Assembly: GCA_043228905.1 (NCBI GenBank)
Contig: JBHGNT010000004.1
Coordinates: 10,540,001 to 10,604,000, forward strand
Direction of reading: 5' to 3'
DNA length: 64,000 nucleotides
From: Azolla caroliniana
Lineage: Eukaryota > Plantae > Polypodiophyta
Shown here: positions 63,141 through 64,000 of the stretch, in pieces
Layout: the number at the start of each line of letters is the position of its first letter
How positions within the stretch are numbered: position 1 is the first letter of the stretch
Position numbers and translations under genes: made by a program
Notes under the pieces: model-generated
Told to the model about the DNA's origin: nothing
The model's database searches: none
Seen by the model: only the letters and a program-made list of their open reading frames with translations

Positions 63141-63614
63141 TGTCATGACACAGTGACATCAAATACATTGTTGGTGAGGATTGAACCTACAACCTCACAT
63201 CAACAAGATGTCTTGCGCAACCATTTTGACATGACCATACATTTGCATATAATTGTGTAATATTCTATAGTGTATAGTATATTTCAGAATCAGAATATTC
63301 TAGCCGTTAGTATATTCTAGAGATATCGTATGGTATATTCTAGATTAATATATTCTAGAGATATTTCTCGAGTATATTCTAGAGATATTCAATCTTGGAA
63401 CTTGTATAAATACTTGTAACCTTGGTCCCTTTCAAGGGATTCAACACCACTCATTGATATATCAATCTAGTATTCTCGTTTCATGCTATATTGTCTCCTT
63501 CATCTATGTCTTCATGCTCTCCATAACTTCCTAAATGCATAATCTCATCACTCACAGCTTCTAGAGTTCCTAGCCTCGTCACTTTCAGTTCCACGTTCGT
63601 AGCTTTATGGATTG
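63141..63614 (+). mobile_element. LTR H (chromovirus-like), preceded by a PPT
   Basis: AAAGGAGAGGATAA|TGTCATGACA; same TGTCATGA start as LTR X; ATATTCTAGA repeats; TATA TGTATAAATA at about 63403. Confidence 0.7.
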
Positions 63615-64000
63615 TGTTATTCTCTGACCGGACAAGGCCTAACACAAGGTGTCACGGAGACACTTCACCAAAGGGTGATTACGGCATAGGATTAAGATTC
63701 AACGATTACACCGACTTACGTAGGTTACACGATTAGAATGCTTTGGTTAATTACACGCGTAAGATATAACAGTAATTACAGAACGGAAATCAAGACAGAA
63801 GTATAAACATCATAAACTCTATTAATTATCCGCTGCGATTACAATGGGGTCCGGGCCTTTAAATAGGTTTCCGGCCCGTAGTACAAAACGGTGCCTATCG
63901 CACCTATTCGGGATCCGTCCGGATCTGGAACGGCATACCGTTTCCAGTCCGTCCGTCCACACTATGCTCATTTACAACCATATTTAATTAATTCCTTCAC
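63615..64000 (-). mobile_element. LTR of a C-related subfamily, runs off the window
   Basis: Clear similarity to 38706-39145 (GGCCTAACAC, CTTCACCAAAGGG, CCGGGCCTTTAAATAGG, GTCCGTCCACAC). Confidence 0.88.

Overview
This 64 kb window is a gene-free nest of transposable elements from a plant genome. A bryophyte host is likely, inferred only from the Tcn1-like chromovirus and Phygy/Athila-like Ty3/Gypsy types. Nesting is at least six levels deep. A chromovirus 3' LTR contains a Copia-type element, which contains a Tcn1-like chromovirus X. X contains Gypsy family B (10497-53071), B contains family C (13926-37274), and C contains a three-LTR family D element (19617-33101). Also present are a second C copy, a young gag-only LTR element, a near full-length LINE, a solo LTR, a second Copia and further LTR fragments. 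No host genes were found. Main observation: families B, C and D have no polypurine tract. In its place, exactly 2 nt before the 3' LTR in all five junctions, is a copy of a tRNA-Arg 3' end (GTCCCACGGGCGTGCCA). Each element therefore has two inward-facing tRNA primer-binding sites on opposite strands, suggesting a second tRNA primes plus-strand DNA synthesis. The same families share a large non-env extra ORF after pol. Separately, four other LTR families carry antisense tRNA-like A/B-box modules in U3. Coordinates were counted by eye; family and tRNA assignments are from recall, not database searches.
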